Positions 8,724-18,439 of a stretch of 32,000 bases of DNA are shown here, piece by piece. Origin of the DNA: Promethearchaeum syntrophicum (GTDB taxonomy: Archaea > Asgardarchaeota > Lokiarchaeia > Sigyniarchaeales > Promethearchaeaceae). The translations under genes and the position numbers were made by a program. The notes below the pieces were generated by a model. It had not been told where the DNA came from, ran no database searches, and saw nothing but the letters and a program-made list of their open reading frames with translations. How positions within the stretch are numbered: position 1 is the stretch's first letter; every line of letters begins with the position of its first letter. The stretch is from contig NZ_CP042905.2 of assembly GCF_008000775.2 (NCBI RefSeq), forward strand, positions 4,290,001 through 4,322,000, given 5' to 3'.

Positions 8724-11700
8724 ATGACCGAAATGAAAGGATTGGCAGAAAACATTGAAAAAACTAAATCAATGGAGTTATCCCCAATTCTAGATGAGAA
8801 AAAAGAGGTCATAAAAGATTTTAAAAATAAGATCAAATTAGAAAAAATTATTTTAGAAGACTTCATCTCATTCGATTATAATGAAGTAATATTTCATCCT
8901 GAATTTACAATCATTACTGGTCCTAATGGTGTTGGCAAATCTTCAATATATCATGCTCTTAAATTTGTACTAGGTTCTAATGATTATGATGGACGATATA
9001 ATAAATGGTCTAATTTTATTAGAACAGGACAAAAATATGCAATTGTAACTCTTTACTTGCAATTCTCTGGAAAAAAATATTGTCTTAAAAGAACCGTTTT
9101 TAAGGATAAAGCCCCAAAATTTTCTTTTCAAGGTCCAGATGAAAAAGAATTTCACGATGTTTCAGCAAAAAAGATTCAAGAATTTGTAGATAAAATTGGT
9201 ATTGATCCTGACCATGTGTTCTCATTTATGTCTCAAGGTAAAATTGGATCTCTTAAAAATTTTAAAGATGAAGCCTTGTGCACATTTGTGGAAAAAGGAT
9301 TAGGACTTAATATTCTTAGAGAAAATATATTAAGTCAAAAAGAACGAATAATTTATTTAAAAAAGGAATTTTCTGTGTTAATTTCACAACGAGACAGTAT
9401 GAAATATCAACTAGTTGAATTAGAACCTAAATTAAAACGTTTAGAGAAAAAAAGATCTTTGCTAAGTAAATTAGAAGGGTTAGATAATGAGCTATTATGG
9501 GCACAAAAAGAAGATATTATAAAACAAATTGATGTATATCGCGATCAGATTCATTTTAAAGAAAATTCAATTAAAGATCTTGAATTAAATATCAGTACTC
9601 TTCAAGAAGAAGAAAACTCCATTGAAGAGAATTTGAAACAAGAAAAAGACGAATACAAGATTACAATTGATATTTTTGCACAAAAAAAAGCGCATCTTGA
9701 AATTTTAAAAAAAGAAATTAATAAATGGACCTCTGAAAAGAATCAAATTGCTGATAAAATCGAGAAAATATCTAAAGATATAGATAAATTACAGTTAGAT
9801 ATTAATAAACAAGGTTTTGAGCTTAAATCTTATCAAAAGAGCATGGATGATTTGAAAACCTTAACTGGAGAAGCAAAACTTTTATTAAAATCATATGAAG
9901 ATGAGGAACGCTCTTTAAATAAAAAATTCATTAAATATCGGGAAATATTGTTTGAATTTGATTCAAAAACACAAATAGTTTCAAATTTAGAAGACAATTT
10001 GAAAGAAATAGAAGAAAGTCATAACAAAAAGGAATCAGAAATCAATGAAAAAGCCAAGGAAATTCAAAAAATCGACCATGAATTGAAGGATTTCAAATGG
10101 TTTATGGAAAATCCAAAAAAAGATTTACAAATTAAAATGAAAGCTTTAGTAGAAAAATATCAAAAATCAATAAATATCTTCAATGACGATTTAGTACAAT
10201 TACAAATTCAATATAAAACATTAACAAGTGAGATAGAACGCGTTAAACAATCTGTTCATGATAAAAGCATGCCTAAACCAAAATCCATAATATCCATGAT
10301 GGATGAAATTAAACAGAGGAACATGCAAAGTATTGGTCCGTTGATTGATTATATAACTTTTGATCCTTTATATCAAATGGCGGTTGAATCAATCTTTGGT
10401 TCAAGAGTCTTATATAGTTTCATTGCTAAAAATCATGAAGAATTTGCCCTACTTAAAAATATGGCTCAAAGATATAATGCAAGATGTAATCTATATTTAG
10501 AAAAACAAAAAAACCTAACTCCTTTACCTTCATTGAATGATTCTCAAGAAATGGGAGTATTTGGGTATTTAGCAGAAATAATAAAACCTACAATCCCGGA
10601 ACCTGCAATTCAAAAAGTTATTCATTCCGTAGCAAGTATAACACTTGTTGTTAAGGATCATATTGCTGGAACTAACTACACTCAAAAATTTAAATCCAGA
10701 AATTGGATTGTAACCTTAGATGGAGAACAATTAAGACCGAAAAAATTTGTTTTAGAAGCGCGTCCTTATATTTCAAATAATAAACAAAAAATTACAAGTG
10801 TCTCTCAGGCAAAAATAATATTAAATGAATTAAACGAAAAATCTGAAAGAAATCGTCATAATTATAATAAGCGAAGTTCAGATCTACAAAACCTTAAAGA
10901 AAAACATAAGAAAGTATTGAAAGATTTAGCACAAATTGATGTCCTATTAGTAAAATATAAACAAAAGGAAATAACTACTAAGGTTAAAAACGCTCTAATA
11001 AATGAGAGAGAGAAAAATTATACTAAAATTCAAGAAAAAAAGAAAAAGATTGAAGTTATTAAAAAAGAGATCGAAATTTTGAAAGAAAAATTACCCGATG
11101 ATTCAATATTAAATCATGATCGACTAACTCAACTACCAAATTTAATAGTTACTCAAAAAAATAAGATAACAGAATATGAATCTAAAAAAGACATTAATAT
11201 TCAGCAAATAAATGATATAAAAATTAAGGAAAATCTTCTTTCAAATGAAATAAATGCAAAAACAAAAGAAAAACAAGAGATAATTTCGGATTTAACTTCT
11301 CAAGATAAACATTATTATGATCTCATTCAAGAAAATATCAAATTAACAGGTCAAATTAAAAACATTAAAAATGAAATTGAAGAGAGCAACACAAAAATCA
11401 CTTCCTTAGAATTGGAAGAAAAAAAGATTTCTGAAGAAAAAAATCAACTGTTAATTCGGAAGGCCACGTTGAAAAATTCGATCGATGATATTAAATCCTA
11501 CATTGAAGAGAAAGAGAAGAAAATTGAAAGAATTAGCAATATTTTAAAGGAGATCAAAGAAAAAGTTTACCCAAAGCGTCCAATCATCGAAATTCAAAAT
11601 GATATCGAAGAAATAAATAAAATCTTGAGATCTTATTTCGATGTAGATGAAAATATCATATTAGAAAAACAACGAATTGAGGATTCAATAAAAAAAATAT

Positions 11701-12266
11701 TAGAAAAGCAAGAAACATCAGATAAAGAGATAAAAGCAGCAAAAGAAGCAGAATTAAAAATTGAACAAAACTATCTTAACAAATTCGAAAAATCTGTAGA
11801 TATTTTAGAAGATCTCGTAAATAAAAAATTAAAATTTACCCAAACTGATTTTAATGTGAATTTAAATTTAGAAGGGGAAATTGAAGAATTTAAATTAACA
11901 ATTAAAGCCGTTTCAACAAAAAATCAAAAAAATGTTCGTCCTTTTACAGCTTTGAGTGGTGGGGAACAATCTATGGTTGGAATTAGTCTAATGTTATCAT
12001 TGCACTATTTTAATCCTTCTCCTTTCAATATCTACGATGAAATTGAAATGTTTTTGGACAACCTAAACGCAGAAATCATCGCAAAATTAATCTTCGAAAT
12101 TACAACAAGTGGAATTCAATGCATTTTAATAATGCCAGATTCTTCCATTTCAATATTATATTATGCAAATAAAGTCATTGGGATTAGTAAAAATGGAACC
12201 AATGGTTCATCAACTGTGCATTATGCCAAGGCGCGAAAAAATTCTAATTTCCAAACTCTTAATTAG
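8724..12266 (+). CDS. smc: SMC-family chromosome segregation ATPase
   Basis: Walker A TIITGPNGVGKSSIYHALKFVLG; Q-loop region FSFMSQGKI; coiled coils; hinge SIGPLIDYITFDPLYQMAVESIFGSR; signature LSGGEQSMVGISLMLSLHYF; Walker B/D-loop PFNIYDEIEMFLDNLN. ORF opens at GTG 8715; ATG at 8724. Confidence 0.92.
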   Translation: MTEMKGLAENIEKTKSMELSPILDEKKEVIKDFKNKIKLEKIILEDFISFDYNEVIFHPEFTIITGPNGVGKSSIYHALKFVLGSNDYDGRYNKWSNFIRTGQKYAIVTLYLQFSGKKYCLKRTVFKDKAPKFSFQGPDEKEFHDVSAKKIQEFVDKIGIDPDHVFSFMSQGKIGSLKNFKDEALCTFVEKGLGLNILRENILSQKERIIYLKKEFSVLISQRDSMKYQLVELEPKLKRLEKKRSLLSKLEGLDNELLWAQKEDIIKQIDVYRDQIHFKENSIKDLELNISTLQEEENSIEENLKQEKDEYKITIDIFAQKKAHLEILKKEINKWTSEKNQIADKIEKISKDIDKLQLDINKQGFELKSYQKSMDDLKTLTGEAKLLLKSYEDEERSLNKKFIKYREILFEFDSKTQIVSNLEDNLKEIEESHNKKESEINEKAKEIQKIDHELKDFKWFMENPKKDLQIKMKALVEKYQKSINIFNDDLVQLQIQYKTLTSEIERVKQSVHDKSMPKPKSIISMMDEIKQRNMQSIGPLIDYITFDPLYQMAVESIFGSRVLYSFIAKNHEEFALLKNMAQRYNARCNLYLEKQKNLTPLPSLNDSQEMGVFGYLAEIIKPTIPEPAIQKVIHSVASITLVVKDHIAGTNYTQKFKSRNWIVTLDGEQLRPKKFVLEARPYISNNKQKITSVSQAKIILNELNEKSERNRHNYNKRSSDLQNLKEKHKKVLKDLAQIDVLLVKYKQKEITTKVKNALINEREKNYTKIQEKKKKIEVIKKEIEILKEKLPDDSILNHDRLTQLPNLIVTQKNKITEYESKKDINIQQINDIKIKENLLSNEINAKTKEKQEIISDLTSQDKHYYDLIQENIKLTGQIKNIKNEIEESNTKITSLELEEKKISEEKNQLLIRKATLKNSIDDIKSYIEEKEKKIERISNILKEIKEKVYPKRPIIEIQNDIEEINKILRSYFDVDENIILEKQRIEDSIKKILEKQETSDKEIKAAKEAELKIEQNYLNKFEKSVDILEDLVNKKLKFTQTDFNVNLNLEGEIEEFKLTIKAVSTKNQKNVRPFTALSGGEQSMVGISLMLSLHYFNPSPFNIYDEIEMFLDNLNAEIIAKLIFEITTSGIQCILIMPDSSISILYYANKVIGISKNGTNGSSTVHYAKARKNSNFQTLN

Positions 12267-12276
12267 GAGGATTTAA

Positions 12277-12957
12277 ATGTCCAGACTTATTTCACTGCTA
12301 GAACGAATAAGTTTTTTGAAAAATCAAGTTCTAATGGGAAAAAAAACATTACTTGATGAAGATTTGGAATCTTTATTTATTGAATTTAAGGATTTAATTT
12401 CAGAATCTGAATTAGAGACCAGTATTCAGATTATGGATAATGGGACTATAATTCTCGAACAGAAGCTCGAAGAATTAAGGAATTTCATATCTAATATCTC
12501 TCAAAAAGATCAAATTCTTGAATATCTTAGAAATTCTTCCTCAGATGAGTCCTTTTCTCAAATCTTGAATAAAACGTGGCAATCCCCTTTATTGTTACCT
12601 AATTTTTCACTATCATTTTTAACGAAAAGCTTTGAACGGCTTGTGCTAAACAAAAAATCCACTAATTTAGAAATGTTTTTTAAAGAAAAACCAATTCTTG
12701 GAGTCCCTGACATAAAAGAACTCCCTGAAATTGATAAACCTTATAAAATAAAAATGCTTGGGTATCTAAATTTGATTCGACCATTATTACCTGCTACTTT
12801 AGAGGAACTTATTGATAGAAACCATTCTATTGATGTATATTATGAAAATTTCTCTTATATCCTCCATTTACTCCAACTCGGATTTTTATCGTTCACGAAA
12901 AAAACTCAACATTTTGATATTACAAATAAAAAAATAGAAGGCAAATTTGATGAATGA
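12277..12957 (+). CDS. Putative kleisin (ScpA-like) partner of the SMC
   Basis: AGGAGG just upstream. Lies between smc and an ScpB-like ORF. C-terminus RPLLPATLEELIDRNHSIDVYYENFSYILHLLQLGFLSFTKK is compatible with a winged helix. N-terminal ScpA motifs are not obvious. Confidence 0.45.
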   Translation: MSRLISLLERISFLKNQVLMGKKTLLDEDLESLFIEFKDLISESELETSIQIMDNGTIILEQKLEELRNFISNISQKDQILEYLRNSSSDESFSQILNKTWQSPLLLPNFSLSFLTKSFERLVLNKKSTNLEMFFKEKPILGVPDIKELPEIDKPYKIKMLGYLNLIRPLLPATLEELIDRNHSIDVYYENFSYILHLLQLGFLSFTKKTQHFDITNKKIEGKFDE

Positions 12958-13507
12958 ATATACAATTTTACTGTATTTATTGACTCGAACAAAACAAGGA
13001 AATTCTAATGATAAATTTGAAATTATTGGGGCTTCAGAAGAAGAATTATGTGATAGTTTACATTTTACAGGGAAATTTACGAAAATCCAATTGCATGAAC
13101 TTATGGATCAATTTTCAAAATCTATTTCAATCTTTAATCTCCAACTAAAACAAAATCCGTTTAATTTTCGATGGTATTTAACCCAATCATCTGAAATTGA
13201 AGAGTTTTTCAGTTCAAATCCATTTAGTGGAAAACCAAGAATAGCCGCAACACTTTGTACGGTTCTTTCTTTATGTATGACAAATAATGGAAAAATAGAT
13301 ATCAATTCGGTTCGGAAAATAAGAAATAAGAAGGATATCAGAAAAGATTTGCAAGAATTGGAGAAATTAAACTTCATAAATATGGAAAAGAAAAGCAATC
13401 TAATATCTATTAATCCTTATTTGGGGTATTTTATGGATATCGAGGGTTTTTTGAATATACTTGAAAATGAAATAAGAAAAAAGAATATAGAAAATGTTGA
13501 TGAATAA
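12950..13507 (+). CDS. ScpB/KITE-like winged-helix segregation protein
   Basis: NPFNFRWYLTQSSEIEEFFSS...GKPRIAATLCTVLSLCMTNNGKIDINSVRKIRNKKDIRKDLQELEKLNFI resembles ScpB tandem wHTH; overlaps the stop of the upstream gene (ATGAATGA). Confidence 0.65.
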   Translation: MNEYTILLYLLTRTKQGNSNDKFEIIGASEEELCDSLHFTGKFTKIQLHELMDQFSKSISIFNLQLKQNPFNFRWYLTQSSEIEEFFSSNPFSGKPRIAATLCTVLSLCMTNNGKIDINSVRKIRNKKDIRKDLQELEKLNFINMEKKSNLISINPYLGYFMDIEGFLNILENEIRKKNIENVDE

Positions 13508-13585
13508 ACGCAAAATTCAATTTTACATTCGAATATCATTAGAATATTATTTATCATTTTAAACGAGAAATATTGAGCATTTATT

Positions 13586-13933
13586 ATGGGAATGTTTTCT
13601 CGCAAAAAAAAAAAAGAATATACTCATTTTACAAAAAGGTTAACAAATTCAATATATATCAAACAGATAGCAATACATTCAAATAGTGATTTTACAACTT
13701 TAAAGCATAATTTATTAGACGGACATATTATGGTATGCGATTTAACCCCCCTCGTTAGAATTGCAAAAGGATTACATGGTTCAAAAGAAGGAAATAAACA
13801 TATATTACATAATCAACTCCAGCAAATTAAAAAATATTGCCTCCAGCATGGAGGAAATGTTACTAAATTAAAGGAAAGTATATTATTGATTACTCCAAAT
13901 ATAAATTTCAAACTGCAGAATTTTATTAAATAA
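13586..13933 (+). CDS. sepF: SepF-like (DUF552) cell-division protein
   Basis: SIYIKQIAIHSNSDFTTLKHNLLDGHIMVCDLTPLVRI...QLQQIKKYCLQHGGNVTKLKESILLITPNI matches the SepF core, including GG(D/N)ixrl...lllTP. Confidence 0.72.
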   Translation: MGMFSRKKKKEYTHFTKRLTNSIYIKQIAIHSNSDFTTLKHNLLDGHIMVCDLTPLVRIAKGLHGSKEGNKHILHNQLQQIKKYCLQHGGNVTKLKESILLITPNINFKLQNFIK

Positions 13934-13940
13934 TTTTTTT

Positions 13941-14372
13941 TTATTTTAAACTTTCAAATAATGATTTTAAATCGTTTTTTCCCAGATTTTCTAACACAAT
14001 TATTAGATCATTTAAATTTCTAAATTTATGATGCCACAAGGCTTCATCTACTGCTCTAATTAAGCCGGGTTCAAAGACTGCACAAAGATATTGTAAACCT
14101 TTTGTGGTAGCAAAGACTTTAGGTTCAATCCTTAAATTAGAATCACTGAAAGTATTTAATGTGTCATTATAAATTTTTCCCCTGACATCAAAATATCTTG
14201 TAGTTGAAATACTTGAATTTATAATCCCAATTCCTATTGATGCAGAATATTTACCTGAAAATCTTTCCTCTCTAACAATTATTGCCTCCACTCCATTCTC
14301 TGGTTCTTGATGTATAGTGCCCTTTTCTTTAATTATATCCTTGATCTGTTTAATTAATGGTTCAATTTTCAT
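13941..14372 (-). CDS. Conserved-looking protein of unknown function
   Basis: 143-aa intact ORF, convergent with sepF; no family recognised. Confidence 0.55.
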   Translation of the reverse strand: MKIEPLIKQIKDIIKEKGTIHQEPENGVEAIIVREERFSGKYSASIGIGIINSSISTTRYFDVRGKIYNDTLNTFSDSNLRIEPKVFATTKGLQYLCAVFEPGLIRAVDEALWHHKFRNLNDLIIVLENLGKNDLKSLFESLK

Positions 14373-14449
14373 TTTTATTTTCTACATTTTTATCTATGAT
14401 CTAAGATTAGAAAAGGCTTTTGATATTCTATTAGAGAAAGCTATAAATA

Positions 14450-14467
14450 TATTTTGTATACAAAATA
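14450..14467. promoter_or_regulatory. 18-bp perfect palindrome TATTTTGTATACAAAATA next to a TATA-like box
   Basis: Exactly self-complementary; directly follows CTATAAATA in the divergent intergenic region upstream of the cold-shock-domain gene. Confidence 0.5.
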
Positions 14468-14529
14468 GTAAATGAAAATAATTTTACCTTAAATAGAATA
14501 AAATTTCGTAAAAAAATTGTGAAAAAAAA

Positions 14530-14826
14530 ATGAAAGAACCTGAACCTGAAGAAGGAAGAGAATTTGGTAAAGTGAAATGGTTTAGCCCGAGAAGAGGATA
14601 CGGATTCATAATCAGAGATGACATCCCACCAGAGCAAGAAAATCATGAGATTTTCTGCCATTATTCGAGTATTGATATGGAAGGATTTAGAACGCTTTTA
14701 CCCGACTTGAGAGTGAGTTTTGAGATCGCTCCTGGAAAAAGAGAGGGAACTGTTGAAGCAAAGAATGTGAAAATTGCACCTCCGATATTCGCTAATGAAG
14801 AGAAAGAAAAAGAAAAATCTGAATAA
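14530..14826 (+). CDS. Cold-shock domain protein
   Basis: GKVKWFSPRRGYGFIIRDD...EIFCHYSSIDMEGFRTLLPDLRVSFEIAPGKREGTVEAKNVKI carries RNP1/RNP2-like CSD motifs. Confidence 0.92.
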   Translation: MKEPEPEEGREFGKVKWFSPRRGYGFIIRDDIPPEQENHEIFCHYSSIDMEGFRTLLPDLRVSFEIAPGKREGTVEAKNVKIAPPIFANEEKEKEKSE

Positions 14827-14827
14827 C

Positions 14828-15904
14828 CTACTTCTGCATCATGGCAATTATGGTGCTTACAAGCGGAAGTTCATACTGCAAGAAATTATGTCCTCCCGAA
14901 TTTAAAATCTCCCAATTATTATTTTCTGAGATTAATTTTGCGACATCTCTATTTTCTAAGAAACTTTCAAATGAAATAATTTTATCATTTTTTGCGTGAA
15001 CTAGAAATAGCTTCTTCGAAGTGAAATCAACCCAATCAGCATCATTATTAAAACTTCTTCTTAACTGAGCCAATTGTAATTTGGGTGAAAGTTCATAATT
15101 TACTTCATCTAAAGGATTCATCTTTACCCCAAAAAAAGTGTATCTGAGCCATAACCACCAATTTTTTTTGAATGTAATTGGGGATTGGGGAATATTATTT
15201 CTATAATTGGACATTGCAGATACAGCAATTATTTTTTCAACAGAATCATCAGCTAATCCTTGTTTTATAGAAGCGAGTGATCCAAGACTAATACCAACCA
15301 GATATATTGTCCGATCACCCAAAATGGAATCATTTTTCACATATTTAATTACATCCTTCAAATCACGGGTTATTTCAACAAATTGGCTTGTTTTTCCTGC
15401 TTTTCTTGATTTTCCGGATCCTCTACTATCAAAAGTTAACACGTCATAACCGGACAAGGCAATAGGGATAGTGATATGGCGTGTGTAAATACAATCATCT
15501 GAAAATCCATGACTAAATATTACAACAGGGGATTTTGGGGGGGTTCCATCCTTATGCAAGATTTCCCCGTATAAGGTGGGATTTTCATTAGAATTGCTTT
15601 CATCATTCCTATTAATGTCAAGATTTTGATCTTTTTTAGACCAGAGTATTGGGATTTGAACTGATTTTATTTTTATTTGTAAAGGTTCAACCCTATGCCA
15701 TCTAAATTGCCAGAAATCTCTCAACTCAAAATACAAAGCCCAACAGAGCCACGTAAAAGCAAATGTCATTACGGATAAATAGATGCATCTCCAGAAATCA
15801 TTGCCAAAAAGAACGAAATTAACATAATATATGTATGCGGCCAGAGAAAAATCAACAATAAATAAAAGAATATGTTTGGGGCGGATTATTATACTATTTT
15901 TCAA
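14828..15904 (-). CDS. Membrane-anchored alpha/beta hydrolase
   Basis: Two N-terminal hydrophobic segments, then VVIFSHGFSDD, FDSRGSGKS, nucleophile elbow GISLGS, and late Asp/His regions (LVHAKNDKIISFES, GGHNFLQ). Confidence 0.85.
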   Translation of the reverse strand: MKNSIIIRPKHILLFIVDFSLAAYIYYVNFVLFGNDFWRCIYLSVMTFAFTWLCWALYFELRDFWQFRWHRVEPLQIKIKSVQIPILWSKKDQNLDINRNDESNSNENPTLYGEILHKDGTPPKSPVVIFSHGFSDDCIYTRHITIPIALSGYDVLTFDSRGSGKSRKAGKTSQFVEITRDLKDVIKYVKNDSILGDRTIYLVGISLGSLASIKQGLADDSVEKIIAVSAMSNYRNNIPQSPITFKKNWWLWLRYTFFGVKMNPLDEVNYELSPKLQLAQLRRSFNNDADWVDFTSKKLFLVHAKNDKIISFESFLENRDVAKLISENNNWEILNSGGHNFLQYELPLVSTIIAMMQK

Positions 15905-15940
15905 CTAAATTCTCCTTGTTTTCATTTGGTCATATGGTTT

Positions 15941-18439
15941 TTATAGAATATTTTTAAAATCTTCAATTATTTTCTTACTATTTTTTTTATTGCCCGAATT
16001 ATTTAATAAGTTTCTAATTTTTTCTTCAATTTCATTTGATATTTTTTTCCCACCCCGAACGGAAGGTTCAAAATTTTGAATGTAATCTACCATATCATCA
16101 GGGAGATCATAGATTTTACCCAAAATAATGTCACAAATATCGATAATATTTTTCATTTCCGAAGTGTTAAACCTGCGGTGTTCCTTATCAAAACATTGCA
16201 TGAGTGATTTCATTAAAAAGGAAGAAAATTCTTTAAGAAGGTCAAAAAATGTCTTTAATTTATCTACAAGATCTTGAGAAAGGGGAAAAGCTTTCATTAT
16301 ATCAGAATTCATGTGCCTTCCATCACTATAAATTCTAAACCATACGTAATACAGTGAACTGTTAATTAGAATTAAGATAAAATATTTCAACCCTTCTATA
16401 TTTCTTGATATTTCTACCAGTGCAATCTGCGTTCCATAATAAGGTGGTTTTTCCCAAGCATTATACCAATAATTTCCTGATATTCTAACGGATATTAAAT
16501 CTTCAACCTTTTTTCCTTCTTTCTCAAATTGCATCAATTTATTTCTATACTCATCAATATTTCTAATAATTAAGAATCTGTTTAAAATATCGCCTAAAAT
16601 TAGTAATTTTTCATTAGAATTTAGAGTATAATGTTCTGAGAGCAACTCCAAAAATTCTCTTGCCCTTTTTTCACCTATTTTGGGAAGTCTGTGCTTTTTA
16701 TCAAAAGAAACTCCTATATTTTTTCCTAATAGAAAATTATTAGCCAGTACATATTTAATATTTCGAAGATCTGGCATTTTTCTAAACATATTTGTTGTCA
16801 GAATGTCTGAAAATTGATTTTTATTTAATTTTATGGAATTCTTGTTTATACATTGAATAATTGAAACAGATTGTGTCATTTTGGTAAAAAATCGGCATTT
16901 ATCTCTGTCAAAAGATGCAATTTTACTTATTTCATAGGAATTTACGATTTTTTGGCGCGTTTTAGAAAGATCTTTACTAAAACATATAGCATAACTAGTT
17001 AAAAATGCAATTATACCTTTGTTTCGATTGAGATCAATGGCCCGTTCAATGAAAACTGACGAAATTTCATTCAAGAATGAATAAAATGGATCGATTTCTT
17101 TTTTCTCAGAATTTGAAAGTAAATTTCCATACGGAGGGTTTCCTAAAATAATATCAAATCCAAAATTATTCGAGTTAATTGGAAAAACATCTGGAAATTC
17201 AACATTCCAATGAAAGGGTTTAATTTTGGTATTCTTTTTTATTTCTTTGGTATCTTTTTCACTCCAATTAATAGAACCTAATAAAGAATTTCCTGTGAGA
17301 ATATTTAATCTCAATAACCTAGGATTCAAAAATCTTGAAGATGAAAAATCCCATGAATCAATATAATTTAGAAAAAGTCTAATTTTCGCAATAATTACAG
17401 CGCGTGGATTAATATCTACTCCATATATAGCTGACGAAAATAAAAATTTCTTTAGAATGGCAATGGAATCTTTAAATTTTTCAAAGGAGTTTAAATCTAT
17501 TATCTCATCAGAAACTGTTATTAACAATACTCCCTTAATTTGGTAATTTCTTGATGCCGTCCATATATATTTGTATAATTTAATTAATATTTTTGTTATA
17601 CTAGCTAGAAAATGCCCAGATCCAACAGCTGGGTCCAAAATTTTAAAATTATTAATCTTTACAAAAAAATCTTGAATTTTATTAAGTTTTAACTTAAATT
17701 CATATTGATCTAGTTCTGATTTAAAGAAATTCTCACAATTTATCCAAAAAGGAACTTTTAAATTATCTGAAAACAATTTGGCATTTAGACTAGATTCAGC
17801 AAGGAAATCACAGATATTATCCGGAGTATAATATGCCCCCGTTGATTTTTTAGTGTCATCTGATAAAATTTTCTCAAACAGAGCTCCAATGATAAAATCA
17901 TTAATTGGACCCCCCACAATTTCCTGCAAGATGAACATATTAAATAATGGAAGTGAGTTAATTATTGATTCAGGAATTTTTTTGGATATTTTGATTTTTT
18001 CAAGTTGTGTACTATCAATATCTTGAAAAAATGCTTCATTTGGTAAGGACTTGTGAATAAACCCATCCCAAAGAAAACCGTGATTATCTCTCAGGAAATA
18101 ATCTCCTATAATAACGAGTTCTTCTTGGTTACTATTCCTTGATATGACGGGTAATTTTTTAGAATTCGAAGGAAAAATACTATTAAAAAATTTAGTTAAG
18201 AATTCAGAATAAAATTGGTGATTTAGGGATGACTTTTTTCGATTAAAGTGATTTAAAAAATATTCAGAATCTTTATTAAAACACAGCTTTCGTTGCAAAT
18301 ACCAGAGAGCGGTCATTAAAAGCACAAATCTATTTATTTTTTCTGGATTTATATCTGACTTGCTGATTCTTTGCAAGTATTCGCAAGATTTTTTAAAAAT
18401 ATTAAAAAATGAATCAATTTTTTTATTCTGTAGGCTCAA
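15941..18439 (-). CDS. Large N6-adenine DNA methyltransferase, Eco57I / type IIG-like
   Basis: GAYYTP, motif I ILDPAVGSGHFLASI, NILTGNSLLGS, motif IV FDIILGNPPYGN; 832 aa. Confidence 0.85.
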   Translation of the reverse strand: MSLQNKKIDSFFNIFKKSCEYLQRISKSDINPEKINRFVLLMTALWYLQRKLCFNKDSEYFLNHFNRKKSSLNHQFYSEFLTKFFNSIFPSNSKKLPVISRNSNQEELVIIGDYFLRDNHGFLWDGFIHKSLPNEAFFQDIDSTQLEKIKISKKIPESIINSLPLFNMFILQEIVGGPINDFIIGALFEKILSDDTKKSTGAYYTPDNICDFLAESSLNAKLFSDNLKVPFWINCENFFKSELDQYEFKLKLNKIQDFFVKINNFKILDPAVGSGHFLASITKILIKLYKYIWTASRNYQIKGVLLITVSDEIIDLNSFEKFKDSIAILKKFLFSSAIYGVDINPRAVIIAKIRLFLNYIDSWDFSSSRFLNPRLLRLNILTGNSLLGSINWSEKDTKEIKKNTKIKPFHWNVEFPDVFPINSNNFGFDIILGNPPYGNLLSNSEKKEIDPFYSFLNEISSVFIERAIDLNRNKGIIAFLTSYAICFSKDLSKTRQKIVNSYEISKIASFDRDKCRFFTKMTQSVSIIQCINKNSIKLNKNQFSDILTTNMFRKMPDLRNIKYVLANNFLLGKNIGVSFDKKHRLPKIGEKRAREFLELLSEHYTLNSNEKLLILGDILNRFLIIRNIDEYRNKLMQFEKEGKKVEDLISVRISGNYWYNAWEKPPYYGTQIALVEISRNIEGLKYFILILINSSLYYVWFRIYSDGRHMNSDIMKAFPLSQDLVDKLKTFFDLLKEFSSFLMKSLMQCFDKEHRRFNTSEMKNIIDICDIILGKIYDLPDDMVDYIQNFEPSVRGGKKISNEIEEKIRNLLNNSGNKKNSKKIIEDFKNIL

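Noticed and set aside
8970-9155. 61-aa minus-strand ORF inside smc
   Set aside because: Antisense to the conserved Walker A region; no support.
13108-13605. ORFs 13108..13398(-) and 13417..13605(-)
   Set aside because: Antisense to the ScpB-like gene and its downstream gap; low-complexity hydrophobic translation.
14431-14661. 76-aa minus-strand ORF
   Set aside because: Antisense to the cold-shock-domain coding region and promoter; Phe-rich mirror of AT-rich sequence.
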